The notes: a model not told the origin generated them from the letters alone. Shown: positions 19,761 through 30,186, counted from the stretch's first letter. The stretch: DNA of 64,000 nucleotides from Sulfurovum sp. (GCF_041562805.1 NZ_JBFFOH010000001.1:8781-72780); one strand, 5' to 3'. Numbers and translations: made by a program.

Positions 19761-21470
19761 TTAAACGTTAAGATCATCTAAGGGAATAGGCTCTGCAAGA
19801 TAGTATCCTTGTCCATATTCAATGCCAAGTTCCCTGATTTCATCATAAATCTCTTTATTACAAACAAACTCAGCAATAAGTTTTAATCCTTTTTCTTTTG
19901 CAAAAGTTTGAATTGTTTTAACAATGATCTTGCTGTCTTTAGACTCAAGTATATTTTCAATAAAAGAACCGTCGATCTTCAATGTAGTGATCGGTAAAAA
20001 CTCTGTTTGTGCAAAGTTGGAACATTCTACACCAAAGTCATCAACAATTAATTCAAGACCTATTTTATGTAGAGATAAAATCAGGTCCTGTATTTCAGCA
20101 GACTGAGTGATCGCATGGGATTCCAAGATCTCCAATGAAAGTAATTTTGGGTCTACCGAATAATGATCAATGGTCTTTTGAATAAATTCAATAAGTCCTT
20201 CATAATGAAATTCAGAATCACTAATATTAATACTGAATTTTTTTCCGGTTTTAGCAGCATAGTTACATCCCAGATCAAACATAAATTTAAAGATATTATA
20301 AAGGTGCCCACCGTGTCTTGCTGCCTGAATAAACTGACTTGGAGTGAATACTTCTTCTTTATATTTAATACGGACTAAGAGTTCATACTTATCAATGCTT
20401 TGATCATTTAAATTGAAAATAGGCTGAGCATATGCCATGATATCACTATGCTCAAATGCATGTTTTATAATCGGTGCCCAGTGATTTGTGTCGTTTATCT
20501 GCTGAATGACTTTTAAATCACTTGAATAGAATTTAATTTGATTTCTGCCCAAATTACGCGCTTCTTTTAATGCTAATTCAGCTTTTTTTAACACATCATC
20601 TTCAGTTTGATAAGCAACACCTATTGTCGTTTCGATATGTATATTAAAGTTCTCGGTCACTATAGAGAATTTAGAAATATCTTCTTTGATCTTTTTAACA
20701 TTATGCTGAAGGCTCTCTAGATGTTCTTTACTTGTGACAAGGGCAAATATGTCATTATTTAAATGGTAAACTTTATAGATTTTACTATACTTGGAAGCAA
20801 GAAAATCACCTAGCTCTTTGAGAACATAATCACCTACATCATATCCATTGGTCTCATTAATATGGCTAAAATCAATGATATCTATAAGGATAAGGGTTTG
20901 ATGTGATTGTTTTGAAAAATCTTCAATCAATTTGATACGATTTGGTAATAAGGTTAATGAATCAGTTGTCATTTGCTTGTACGTATCTTCATATTTATTC
21001 TGAAGTTCTATCAATTGTCCATACTGCTTAATGGATGTTCTAATAGTGGTATAAAGTCGTTCACGGGTAAGCTCTGTTTTTTCCTTGAAATCATTAATGT
21101 CATAATGCTGAATAACATGCATGGGAGGAAAATCATTGGCCTGCCCTGTGCGGATGATCAACCTGATAAAATCGTTTTGTAGTTCTTTTCTAATATAATC
21201 TACAAGGTCTAACCCCGCTTCTGGCGTTTCCATGACGACATCAATGAGGGAAAGTGCAATGTTATCGTGTTCACTGAGAATTATTTTTGCTTCTTCTGAA
21301 CTGTAGGCTGTTAATATCTCAAGATCAAAATCAGAAAAGTTCATTGATTCTAATGCAATGTTTGTTATATCATGAACTGCCTGGTCATCATCTACAATTA
21401 AGATCTTTTGTGTATTTTTCTTGCTTGGTGTTTGAGATTTTTGTTCTTTTGCAAAAACTAAATTAGCCAT
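19761..21470 (-). CDS. Response regulator with REC, degenerate GGDEF and EAL domains (probable c-di-GMP phosphodiesterase)
   Basis: ILIVDDD and LIDVVME receiver motifs; D.LT.LPNR with NNDIF in place of GGDEF; ELLVR, DDFG, KIDGSF, IAEFV, QGYY. Confidence 0.88.
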   Translation of the reverse strand: MANLVFAKEQKSQTPSKKNTQKILIVDDDQAVHDITNIALESMNFSDFDLEILTAYSSEEAKIILSEHDNIALSLIDVVMETPEAGLDLVDYIRKELQNDFIRLIIRTGQANDFPPMHVIQHYDINDFKEKTELTRERLYTTIRTSIKQYGQLIELQNKYEDTYKQMTTDSLTLLPNRIKLIEDFSKQSHQTLILIDIIDFSHINETNGYDVGDYVLKELGDFLASKYSKIYKVYHLNNDIFALVTSKEHLESLQHNVKKIKEDISKFSIVTENFNIHIETTIGVAYQTEDDVLKKAELALKEARNLGRNQIKFYSSDLKVIQQINDTNHWAPIIKHAFEHSDIMAYAQPIFNLNDQSIDKYELLVRIKYKEEVFTPSQFIQAARHGGHLYNIFKFMFDLGCNYAAKTGKKFSINISDSEFHYEGLIEFIQKTIDHYSVDPKLLSLEILESHAITQSAEIQDLILSLHKIGLELIVDDFGVECSNFAQTEFLPITTLKIDGSFIENILESKDSKIIVKTIQTFAKEKGLKLIAEFVCNKEIYDEIRELGIEYGQGYYLAEPIPLDDLNV

Positions 21471-22854
21471 GTTTTACCTTTATAATTGATGGGTCAAGTG
21501 TGATACTGAAACCTAAACCATGAGGGGATACTCTGATAAGTTTTAATGTCCCACCAAGTTGTTGTGTAATCAGATTATATGTAATATGTAGGCCAAGTCC
21601 ACTTCCACCTTGCCCTCGTTTCGTGGTAAAGAAAGGATCAAAGATCTTTTTCTCATGCTCACTCTTGATACCTTTTCCGTTATCTTGGTAGTGAATAATG
21701 AATTGATCAGTTAATTCCATAGATATATGGATTATATTATCTTCATCTTCATCAAAAGCATGCTTAATAGAGTTCAAAATTAGATTTGAAAAGATCTGTG
21801 AAAAAATTCCTGGGTAACTGTCAAGAACAATACTGTCATCTATAGTATTGTTAACTTTTATCTGTTTATCATTTAACTGAGCTTGAAAACTAAAAACAAT
21901 ACTATCTACATATTCTTTTAAATTAAATTCACGTTGGTCTTCAGCGTGTTGGTCAACAGAGATATGTTTAAATGATTTGACTAGCGTTACAGCATTATTT
22001 AACCTGTCACGAATAGTTGGAATTAATTTATTCATAATACTCATATACGCTTTGAGTGCTTCTTCAGTCAGCATATCTTCTTTGTAATTTGATTCTAATT
22101 TTTTAAGTTCATGATCCATTTGTGAAATACCGGTAAGTCCTACACTCAATGGTGTATTGAGCTCATGTGCTATACCAGATACCAAAGACCCTAAAGATGC
22201 CATTTTTTCTGACTCTATGAGTATCTTTTGCGTTTCTTCAAGTTTTTCCAAACTTTCTTGAAGCTCAAGTCTTAATTTCTCTTCAGTGCTTACAAAGTAG
22301 TAATAAAGACTAAAAATAATGCCAATAACGAAAATGAAATTGATAACAAAAAAGCTAACGATATATGACTGTGGCATACGAATATCGTATGGTTGGGCAT
22401 AGTTATCCACAAAGCCACTAAAAACCATTAATGCAAAAAATAATAAAAGCCATAAGAAAGACTTTCTTTTATCGCCTATAGTGAAGCTACCAAATACAGC
22501 TATGACTGACCAAAGGACATTCCCCCCACTGGCAATGAAGCCTCCAAGAAAAAACTGAAAGAAAAAAGGAAGCAACAATGAAATAATGATCTGTATATTT
22601 TGGGAAATTTGAAAATTCTTCGTAAAATATAAATAAGTAAAGTTTAGGATTGTAATCAGGATGTACGCATAGGGTACTATCGCTGCAATATAAATGTCAT
22701 GGTACAAACAAAGTGTACCCCACAATAGGCCACCCGTACTCATAAGTAATCCCATATAAATAAGAAAACTATGCTGACGTTTTTCTGCTTCTGTATTGCT
22801 TGAAATATCTGCAATAGAAAGTAGTGGCAATATATAATTTAGGTACTTATTCAT
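21463..22854 (-). CDS. Membrane sensor histidine kinase
   Basis: 6 TM helices, SEKMASLG..V.GIAHELNTP, N box, DNG.G, FFTTK, GSGLGL. Confidence 0.93.
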   Translation of the reverse strand: MNKYLNYILPLLSIADISSNTEAEKRQHSFLIYMGLLMSTGGLLWGTLCLYHDIYIAAIVPYAYILITILNFTYLYFTKNFQISQNIQIIISLLLPFFFQFFLGGFIASGGNVLWSVIAVFGSFTIGDKRKSFLWLLLFFALMVFSGFVDNYAQPYDIRMPQSYIVSFFVINFIFVIGIIFSLYYYFVSTEEKLRLELQESLEKLEETQKILIESEKMASLGSLVSGIAHELNTPLSVGLTGISQMDHELKKLESNYKEDMLTEEALKAYMSIMNKLIPTIRDRLNNAVTLVKSFKHISVDQHAEDQREFNLKEYVDSIVFSFQAQLNDKQIKVNNTIDDSIVLDSYPGIFSQIFSNLILNSIKHAFDEDEDNIIHISMELTDQFIIHYQDNGKGIKSEHEKKIFDPFFTTKRGQGGSGLGLHITYNLITQQLGGTLKLIRVSPHGLGFSITLDPSIIKVKHG

Positions 22855-22953
22855 TGTATACTTTCAAGTTTGATTATATATTGTAATATAAAGTTTTTAA
22901 ATAAGACAATGATATTTGTACAAAAAGTACTATTATGACTATAACGATACTAT

Positions 22954-23772
22954 CTAAGTTATTTTTATCAGTATTTTGTCAAGAAGCGTAGTACTTAATA
23001 CTCTCTTTAAATATCCCAGTAAGTAAGTAGCTTTGGTAATATAGTAACGAGGTTTTGGTTTGTCAGCCAACATTATCTTGTGTACTACAGCGGCAACAGA
23101 ACTGGCATCTTCTTTGAATGGTACTTTTTGTTGTGTTCTTTCTTTAATACTACTAAGATATTTTTCTTTAAATACAGAGTGTTCTATGTCAATATTTTCT
23201 TTGAGCTTTTCTACAGCAGTTTGTCTAAAATGGCTAGCAATGGGACCAGTATTAAGAAGTACAGGATAGATATTGGTATCTTTTAGTTCCAGTCTAAGGG
23301 TATCCGTAAGCCCTTCTACTGCGTATTTACTTGCATTGTAGGCACTTCGCCCAAAAAGTGAAATAATACCAAGCACAGAACTATGCTGAATGATCTTACC
23401 ATACCCCTGTTCTCTCATCACAGGTATGATCTGCTTTGTACATTCATGTAATCCAAAAACATTGGTTTCAAACTGTTCACGCAGTACGGTCGTTGTGATG
23501 TCCTCCAGAGCACCAGGCTGGCCATAACCTGCATTGTTAAACCATGCATCTATGGTTCCGTCCAGTTCTAAGACTTTTGCTATCACGGCAGTGATCATTT
23601 CGGGTTTAGTCACATCAAGTAGCATAGCATGTTCAAAGCCTAACTCTTTAAGCATCTCAACATCTTTTGGATCTCGTGCAGTAGGATAGACTTTTATAAA
23701 CTTATCATTTAAGTAGTTCGCCGTTTCGAAACCTATCCCGGTAGAACAGCCTGTAATGATGATATTTGTCAT
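22954..23772 (-). CDS. SDR-family NAD(P)-dependent oxidoreductase
   Basis: TGCSTGIG, NNAGYG, YNASK. SD GGAG precedes ATG 23772. Confidence 0.92.
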   Translation of the reverse strand: MTNIIITGCSTGIGFETANYLNDKFIKVYPTARDPKDVEMLKELGFEHAMLLDVTKPEMITAVIAKVLELDGTIDAWFNNAGYGQPGALEDITTTVLREQFETNVFGLHECTKQIIPVMREQGYGKIIQHSSVLGIISLFGRSAYNASKYAVEGLTDTLRLELKDTNIYPVLLNTGPIASHFRQTAVEKLKENIDIEHSVFKEKYLSSIKERTQQKVPFKEDASSVAAVVHKIMLADKPKPRYYITKATYLLGYLKRVLSTTLLDKILIKIT

Positions 23773-23889
23773 GAAGTACTCCATATGCTTTATGATGGTA
23801 TTTTATCAGAAATAGTATGGAAATATATTGTATTAGTGTTATAGGGAGAAAAGATAAAGTCCAAGTGCGTAAAACATTTGAGAAAAAGT

Positions 23890-24807
23890 TTATAGTGCCA
23901 ACACTTCTCCCACATTTAAAAAAGATATTTTGTCAGGGTGCTTTTTGTTAATTTCTTGCATCCATTGTAGAGGTTCATCTAGTGGTTCGTCACTGAGATT
24001 GAATGTGCCATAGTGCATGGGTATCATTCTTTTAGCTTGAAGTTGAGTGAAAGCATCGAAAGCTTCTTGTGGATTTAAGTGATTCTCTTTCATAATAAAT
24101 TCTGGTTTATAGGCCCCAATAGGTAGCAAAGCAATATCAATCTCGTATCGTTTACCAATCTCTTCAAAGTGTGATCCAGAAGCACTATCCCCAGCAAAAT
24201 ATATACTTTGATCTTTATAAGTAATAAGAAATCCGCCCCATAAAACACTGTTCTTGTCAAATAAACTGCGACGTCCCCAATGTCTCGCAGGTACAAGAGT
24301 AATGCTAAGGTCTTCCTCTTGATAACTCTCATACCAGTCAAGCTCCTGAGAGGAGATATCGGGGGCTATCTTGTGGATCAATTTAGTCATTTTCAGAGGT
24401 ACAATGGCTGTGGGGTGCATCGCCTCAACAGTACGTATAGAGGCTTTGTCAAAATGATCATAATGTGTATGAGAGATAAGCAGATAGTCAATATTTCCTA
24501 AGTTATCTACACTATATGGCGCTTTGATTTGGCGTTTATAAAAAGGAATATCATCAAATACAGGATCAATGAGGATACGTTTTCCTCCTAACTGGATAAG
24601 AAAAGATGCATGAGAGAGCCAACAGATAAAATCCTCTTTTTGAGTCAATCCTTTAACATCAGGTTTTACAGCTAAAGGAATGATGGGGCGTGACGATAGG
24701 GAAAATTTTGGATATTTAAAAATTTTCCATCGTAGGACATGCCAAAGGTTGATATTTGTTGAACTATCGAGTGCACCACCAAATTGCCCGCGATGATACG
24801 TTTTCAT
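23890..24807 (-). CDS. MBL-fold metallo-hydrolase (NAPE-PLD/RomA-like)
   Basis: SHTHYDHFD, PARHW.RR, YFAGDS, LPIGAY.P, PMHYGTF.L.DE. Confidence 0.9.
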   Translation of the reverse strand: MKTYHRGQFGGALDSSTNINLWHVLRWKIFKYPKFSLSSRPIIPLAVKPDVKGLTQKEDFICWLSHASFLIQLGGKRILIDPVFDDIPFYKRQIKAPYSVDNLGNIDYLLISHTHYDHFDKASIRTVEAMHPTAIVPLKMTKLIHKIAPDISSQELDWYESYQEEDLSITLVPARHWGRRSLFDKNSVLWGGFLITYKDQSIYFAGDSASGSHFEEIGKRYEIDIALLPIGAYKPEFIMKENHLNPQEAFDAFTQLQAKRMIPMHYGTFNLSDEPLDEPLQWMQEINKKHPDKISFLNVGEVLAL

Positions 24808-25259
24808 TACTGCTCAAAGAAAAGTGGAAACTCATCTGGTGTGAAGAAATCTATTGATTTAATCTTATGGTTTTTGAGGGTATAAATGGTGATCTTACCT
24901 TCTTGACGATTAAACTGATTTCCGAAATCATCATTGATAAGCATCACAGAAAATGGATACTTCTTCATTTTCGGTAGAGCGAACATTGACGTTATGATGG
25001 AAGGCATAGTACTGATATCAGAGATATATTTGGCGTGATGTGTTTCCAAAAATGACGCAGGTTGTGTTTTGAGGAACTCATTGACTACGACAGAAATGTC
25101 TTTTTCAAATGCCATAATGAGGAGTGTATCTTTGGCTTCAACCGTGAATTCTTTATCGAACTGATCCATGAGCGTGATGGTGGGGAGTTTATCTCCAACT
25201 TTGAAGTCGGCGAAGAGCGTTCCTGTTAATAACAGACTAATTAGAAGTAAGTGTTTCAT
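24807..25259 (-). CDS. Exported thioredoxin/redoxin-like protein lacking Cys
   Basis: SD AAGGA before MKHLLL; signal peptide; VGDKLP.ITL.DQF redoxin-type N-terminus; no cysteine. Confidence 0.6.
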   Translation of the reverse strand: MKHLLLISLLLTGTLFADFKVGDKLPTITLMDQFDKEFTVEAKDTLLIMAFEKDISVVVNEFLKTQPASFLETHHAKYISDISTMPSIITSMFALPKMKKYPFSVMLINDDFGNQFNRQEGKITIYTLKNHKIKSIDFFTPDEFPLFFEQ

Positions 25260-26817
25260 GTGATTCCTTTTGTAAGTAAAGTAAATAGACCAGTACGAAA
25301 ACCAGGTCAATGATAGCGATAGCAAGTGCAGACCATCCTAAAATGTCTGCTTTATAGAGTGCAAAAAATCCTCCTGCTGTGAGGGTACGGACGATGACGG
25401 TTGCCATTGCCAATGGCTGTGCATAGCTGTGAAGAAGAAAGCCCATCAAATGAATGAGTCCGATACCCGTCACAAAGCCAAAGACGATCTGCTGATATCC
25501 TCCCACAAACTCTTGGCCTATCAAGCCATAGAGTGTGCTTGCAAAAAAGAGAAGTATCAGACCACCTAAACCATCTGAGATAAAGGCAAATAAATGATAC
25601 AATCGTAAAGGTGTCAAGCCCTTGAAAACGGAAATCGATTTTGAAAAATTTAAAAACTTGCTAGAAAAGAGTAAACCAAAGAGAAATAATGCACCAAAAA
25701 CAGTACGCCATTGCCATATGGTCACTGTGTCAACTTTAGCAAACCCTGCCTGCGAAAACCCATTAATACTTAAAACCAATGTCATAAGCACTAACATTGA
25801 AGTCAAGAAAAAGATCCTACGTCGTGAGGATTTGATAAACGGTTCAATGATCGCCAGTGCAAGAAAAAGTAATCCTATGCCTACTGCAACATGTGAGTGC
25901 CCTACTACCAGATCGTTGCGGTGAAAGAGTGCACGTAATTCAGGAACAAAAAGTATATTGCCCTGAACATCTACAAACAGAAATGCAAAAATGGATATAA
26001 ACAATGTTATGTTTACAGAAACAGAGAGACCAGCATCTTTCCACCATCGGTAGAGTATTGGTATATAGAGTAATGTGAGGTATTGTAAAAACCACTCTGA
26101 TTCATAACTTAAAGAACCTATAAATGCTCGATAGAGAACAGAAAGTATATAAAAAACCAATGGAATTTGCCATAAGATATGCCATCTTGTAACAAAAGAG
26201 ACATGAGGGGAAGCAAGTTTAATAGCCAAATAATAGATAGCGAGCAATGCAAAGCTCATACCTAGAGTATTGTCTCCATGTGGCCCCATATGCATCTGTT
26301 CTACCTGACCATAATCAGGATTCATTAAAAGTAAAAGAGCAAAAGGACTGATAATCACGGCAGCCAGAGAGACGTTGACCCAACGCGGTTTAACATCGTA
26401 ACCTTTGATCGTATCGAGAATTGCCAGAAGATAAAAGAGACCGGCAAATGCAAGTAATCCGTTGAGTTCATAAGGAAAATCATAAAAAGGAAGAGAACGT
26501 GTGACTGCTGAAAGCAGAGAAAGTATTGTAAAGACCAAAAAGATATACCAAAGCATAAAGAAACGCTCAAGATGATCTATGCCTTTTTTTCTCATAAGGC
26601 CCTCTTTGTCAAACAGTGCAAAAGGCAAAAGTGAAAGCATTAAAGGGATAAAACCATAAAGCATTAAAGTAAGATGCAAGCTTCGAGCAATGTCCGCTCT
26701 GATAAGATCTTGTCCTATACCGATTAGCTGTAAAGCATAGACTAGACCAAATACTGCTCCGAGTATTAAAAAGAAATAGCTAAAATAAATATGTGGCAGA
26801 AGACGTGTTTTTAACAT
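25237..26817 (-). CDS. Divergent NorB/heme-copper oxidase subunit I-fold membrane protein with an extra C-terminal TM domain
   Basis: FGLVYALQ, ARSLH, H-RNDLVVGHSH, TLVLSINGFSQ and WRTVFGALFLFGL are colinear with cNOR NorB motifs; the HH motif is absent. Confidence 0.7.
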   Translation of the reverse strand: MLKTRLLPHIYFSYFFLILGAVFGLVYALQLIGIGQDLIRADIARSLHLTLMLYGFIPLMLSLLPFALFDKEGLMRKKGIDHLERFFMLWYIFLVFTILSLLSAVTRSLPFYDFPYELNGLLAFAGLFYLLAILDTIKGYDVKPRWVNVSLAAVIISPFALLLLMNPDYGQVEQMHMGPHGDNTLGMSFALLAIYYLAIKLASPHVSFVTRWHILWQIPLVFYILSVLYRAFIGSLSYESEWFLQYLTLLYIPILYRWWKDAGLSVSVNITLFISIFAFLFVDVQGNILFVPELRALFHRNDLVVGHSHVAVGIGLLFLALAIIEPFIKSSRRRIFFLTSMLVLMTLVLSINGFSQAGFAKVDTVTIWQWRTVFGALFLFGLLFSSKFLNFSKSISVFKGLTPLRLYHLFAFISDGLGGLILLFFASTLYGLIGQEFVGGYQQIVFGFVTGIGLIHLMGFLLHSYAQPLAMATVIVRTLTAGGFFALYKADILGWSALAIAIIDLVFVLVYLLYLQKESHETLTSN

Positions 26818-27422
26818 AGTTGTCCATCCTTTAGGGAAATTACTTGATCACCAGGGTGTATTTGTGAAAGATCATGTGTCGCGACGATTACGGTAGAATC
26901 AAGGTTGCGCAGGAGATCAAAAACCATTTTTGAGTTTTTAGAGTCAAGGTTACCTGTGGGCTCATCGGCAAAGATATATTTGGGACGGTTGATCATCGCA
27001 CGGGCTATGGCAACACGTTGGCGTTGCCCTCCTGAAATCTGCTCCGGGTATTTATTGCTGAGTTCAGCAATATCAAGTTTTGCAAGCAACTCTTCTACTT
27101 CAACTTTTGGCCGTTTGGTCACCATGGCGATATTTTCATATACACTCAAATGAGCGATGAGATAATGAAATTGAAATATAAAACCTACTTCCTGGTTACG
27201 AAAGTGGTTGATATCTGAGATATCCTGGATAGATCTACCATCGAAATAGATTTCTCCTTTTGTGGGTTTGAGCAAAGTAGAAATGATGGATAAAAGTGTT
27301 GATTTACCACTTCCACTCTCTCCTGTAATGACAACAAATGCATTAGTTTTAATCATGAAATTAATATCGTGTAATATGGTCTCATTATCATAATTGTGTG
27401 AAATATGTTTAACTTCTAACAT
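26811..27422 (-). CDS. ABC transporter ATP-binding protein (LolD/MacB/HrtA type)
   Basis: [41 protein letters not shown]. Confidence 0.95.
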   Translation of the reverse strand: MLEVKHISHNYDNETILHDINFMIKTNAFVVITGESGSGKSTLLSIISTLLKPTKGEIYFDGRSIQDISDINHFRNQEVGFIFQFHYLIAHLSVYENIAMVTKRPKVEVEELLAKLDIAELSNKYPEQISGGQRQRVAIARAMINRPKYIFADEPTGNLDSKNSKMVFDLLRNLDSTVIVATHDLSQIHPGDQVISLKDGQLC

Positions 27423-28493
27423 CTATTGTCCTCTGTTTATTAAGATAATAGGGTCGATTCGTGCAGCAATTAATGCAGGAATCAACGCCCCAATTACGGC
27501 CATGGTTATCGAACCGACAAGTAACTGAACAAAGAGTATTAGGTCTATTTCACCACTTAGATAGCCTTGAAACTTTTCAATATGTTGTAACTGATCCAAA
27601 AGTATAAGACTGATACCATACGCCAATATAAAGGCGAGTAACGTAATTGCCATGACTTCTATGACGATATGAAAAATAATCGTTGTTTTAGAGATGCCTA
27701 CAGCACGTTTGATACCAAACTCATAACGTCTATCATTGATCATGATACTCATCAAACTTACAATTGCCAAGAAGCCCATAAAAAAGGATATAGAGGCAAT
27801 AACTCCGCTGGATATACGTATGATCTTGAATTGATTGTAGTTGTCTATAAATTCACTCGTAGACTTGACCTCTATATTGTCATTCAATCGTTTGATACTT
27901 TTTATAATATCATTGCTCTCTTTTTGAATATTAGAGAGGGAGACAAGAAGAAAAGAGGCACTTTTATGAAAAAGTTTTTCAGCATCATTGATAGGTATGA
28001 CCACTCCTCCATTTTCAAATCCAATCTCACTTTGATACATACCGGAAACTTGAAAAGAACTCCCTAAGAGTTCAATGGATTTTGGATGATTCAATAAAGA
28101 TGCGATCGTATCTCCTAAAATGACTTCACCGTCATGAGGGTAAGTGCCCTTCATCAAAGTATATGTTGACATACGGTTCTGTGTCACACCATAGATACCT
28201 GCGATAGGAACCACATCGATAGCCCCTGCTCCGACAATAACCCCCTGAGCTGAAGCCACACCTTCTATTGCTGCAATAGGTTCAAGTAACGAACGGTTGA
28301 CATCAGAAAAAAAGGTATCTGCTACACCACGTTGCATTACGATAATATCTCCTTCTGTTTTGAGCATATTGGCATACATAGTAATGATACCGTTGCCCAA
28401 TGCCGTGATCAAAAAGATAGAGGCAATGGCAGAAGTGGCAGAGATCAATATAAGTGCCGTCTTGTACTTGTAACGCAGGAATGATTTAAACAT
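27423..28493 (-). CDS. ABC transporter permease (FtsX/MacB type, 4 TM)
   Basis: TM1, periplasmic domain, DRRYEFGIKRAVG, PA..AA..DP. Confidence 0.9.
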   Translation of the reverse strand: MFKSFLRYKYKTALILISATSAIASIFLITALGNGIITMYANMLKTEGDIIVMQRGVADTFFSDVNRSLLEPIAAIEGVASAQGVIVGAGAIDVVPIAGIYGVTQNRMSTYTLMKGTYPHDGEVILGDTIASLLNHPKSIELLGSSFQVSGMYQSEIGFENGGVVIPINDAEKLFHKSASFLLVSLSNIQKESNDIIKSIKRLNDNIEVKSTSEFIDNYNQFKIIRISSGVIASISFFMGFLAIVSLMSIMINDRRYEFGIKRAVGISKTTIIFHIVIEVMAITLLAFILAYGISLILLDQLQHIEKFQGYLSGEIDLILFVQLLVGSITMAVIGALIPALIAARIDPIILINRGQ

Positions 28494-28502
28494 CTACACC
28501 TC

Positions 28503-29030
28503 TTAACGTTTTTTGAATTTAACATCAATCGTTAGATCAATTTGGTCACGTACCGTTAAAAAAAGCATTTTAGGTGGTACTACATTATAGTTTGACATTA
28601 AGAAAGAGGCTGTACCTTTAAAGGTGATACCCCCATTTATCTTCTGTATTTCTGCATGGATAACGAGTGGTTTCTTGACACCATGAAAGTTTAGTATCCC
28701 ATTAACCGTATAACCTTCAGCAGATTTTTTTACTTCTTTAAAGGTATAGGTGGCAAGAGTGTATTTGGCACTTTCAATAGACTCCGCCATATTTTTATCT
28801 CTGTCAGCCTTGTCACTTTTAAGGTCTAGCATGGAGATATCGATCTCACCTCTCATGGATTCAATATTTTTCCCCATCGTCAAGTGTGATGTTAAATTCG
28901 TGGTTGTGGGATTGATAGTAGAATCTCCAAATACATCTGTGTGGGCTTGAACATCAGCATGTGTAATTACGAGATTACCCGCAAACAATGGTGAAGAAGT
29001 GAAAAGTAAGACTAGAAGAAAAGTTTTCAA
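28503..29030 (-). CDS. YceI-family periplasmic lipid/isoprenoid-binding protein
   Basis: SD AAGGA plus TTG at 29030; signal peptide; L.S....RD..M, G.L.FHGV.K, MS.Y.V.PP. Confidence 0.85.
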   Translation of the reverse strand: MKTFLLVLLFTSSPLFAGNLVITHADVQAHTDVFGDSTINPTTTNLTSHLTMGKNIESMRGEIDISMLDLKSDKADRDKNMAESIESAKYTLATYTFKEVKKSAEGYTVNGILNFHGVKKPLVIHAEIQKINGGITFKGTASFLMSNYNVVPPKMLFLTVRDQIDLTIDVKFKKR

Positions 29031-29125
29031 GTTATGTCCTTTAGAATATAAGATCATAGGTTAGCCTCTTTGAGGCAAAAGCAATAATAGTTTTATAACT
29101 GTTGTGATCTTAGTACGTTTCATTG

Positions 29126-30157
29126 TTATAAACTCCTTGAAGAAGGAGGAAAAAGTAATGAAAAAATATTCCCCACTGTCTTGAGAGAAGGAACTTCAAC
29201 AGTTTTACCTATATGTATCATGGCAAGGAGAGTCAGTATCGCCCAAGCTATAACAAACGATCCACTTAGAGAAACCAGTAGTCCCAAACCTGATGCAGCC
29301 CACAAGCTTAATGCCATCACGGCAAGTAACACATAAGGCAAACGTATCAACACCCGAAGAATGATGACATTGTAGTAAGAGATGACAAAAGGGTAAACAA
29401 TACTAAGTCCCCATTGCCATTCTAGTGTGTAGAGTGTATATGTGAGTACAAAAAGAGAAAGAAGAAGCGTATTATTATGTTTCCAGTCTCTGGCTTTGTA
29501 TGCAACAATCAAACCGATCAGATGAGAAATAATTATGACCCATGTAAAAGTATTATCTCCCCAAAGAAGCATTGCACTATCACGTGAAAGTGTCTCAAAC
29601 AGGGCAGCATCTAAAAGCAGCCAGAGAAAAATACTTCCCGCGCTATAAAGTGAGATACTATATGCAGTGTTTCTCTTTATTCTATGTATTTGAGAAAAGA
29701 ATGAAGCACTCAATGCAACTGCTGATAAGAAGAGAGCGATATCTGTTCTCTGGTAAGCAGGAACATCAAAGTAGTAAGTTCCATAAGTATATGAGAGAGC
29801 CAAGGCCACTACCACTACCCAAAATCTGTCAATACGAGCGATAAGCATGGGAGCAGTCAACCCACTTATGAGTCCGAGTAGAAAAAGCTCAATACCATTG
29901 GCATGTGCATAATTCAGCGACAGAACAAGTTGAGAAAAAAGAAGAAGAGGAATCAACCATTGACGTTCTTTATGGATAAAGATAGACGCGACTATCCCTA
30001 GTACACCACCTACAGGAACCATCCATATTTCAGCCATAACAGAATGATGATATTCAACAATACCTGTTTGTAAGATCAATAGATAAAAAGTAAACTCAGA
30101 AGCAAAGAGGAAGAAAAAAGCAATATTGGGTATTTGTATCTTTGTGATATCTCTCAT
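29126..30157 (-). CDS. Polytopic membrane protein (about 11-12 TM, possibly MFS-like)
   Basis: SD AAGGA before MRDITK at 30157; hydrophobic throughout. Confidence 0.7.
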   Translation of the reverse strand: MRDITKIQIPNIAFFFLFASEFTFYLLILQTGIVEYHHSVMAEIWMVPVGGVLGIVASIFIHKERQWLIPLLLFSQLVLSLNYAHANGIELFLLGLISGLTAPMLIARIDRFWVVVVALALSYTYGTYYFDVPAYQRTDIALFLSAVALSASFFSQIHRIKRNTAYSISLYSAGSIFLWLLLDAALFETLSRDSAMLLWGDNTFTWVIIISHLIGLIVAYKARDWKHNNTLLLSLFVLTYTLYTLEWQWGLSIVYPFVISYYNVIILRVLIRLPYVLLAVMALSLWAASGLGLLVSLSGSFVIAWAILTLLAMIHIGKTVEVPSLKTVGNIFSLLFPPSSRSL

Positions 30158-30186
30158 AGAGTGCTTCCTTTCGGTTAAGATAGGGA

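Noticed and set aside
25237-26817. Calling this gene norB or ccoN
   Set aside because: The non-heme metal His-His ligands and catalytic Glu/Tyr are absent, and there is no partner cytochrome c subunit.
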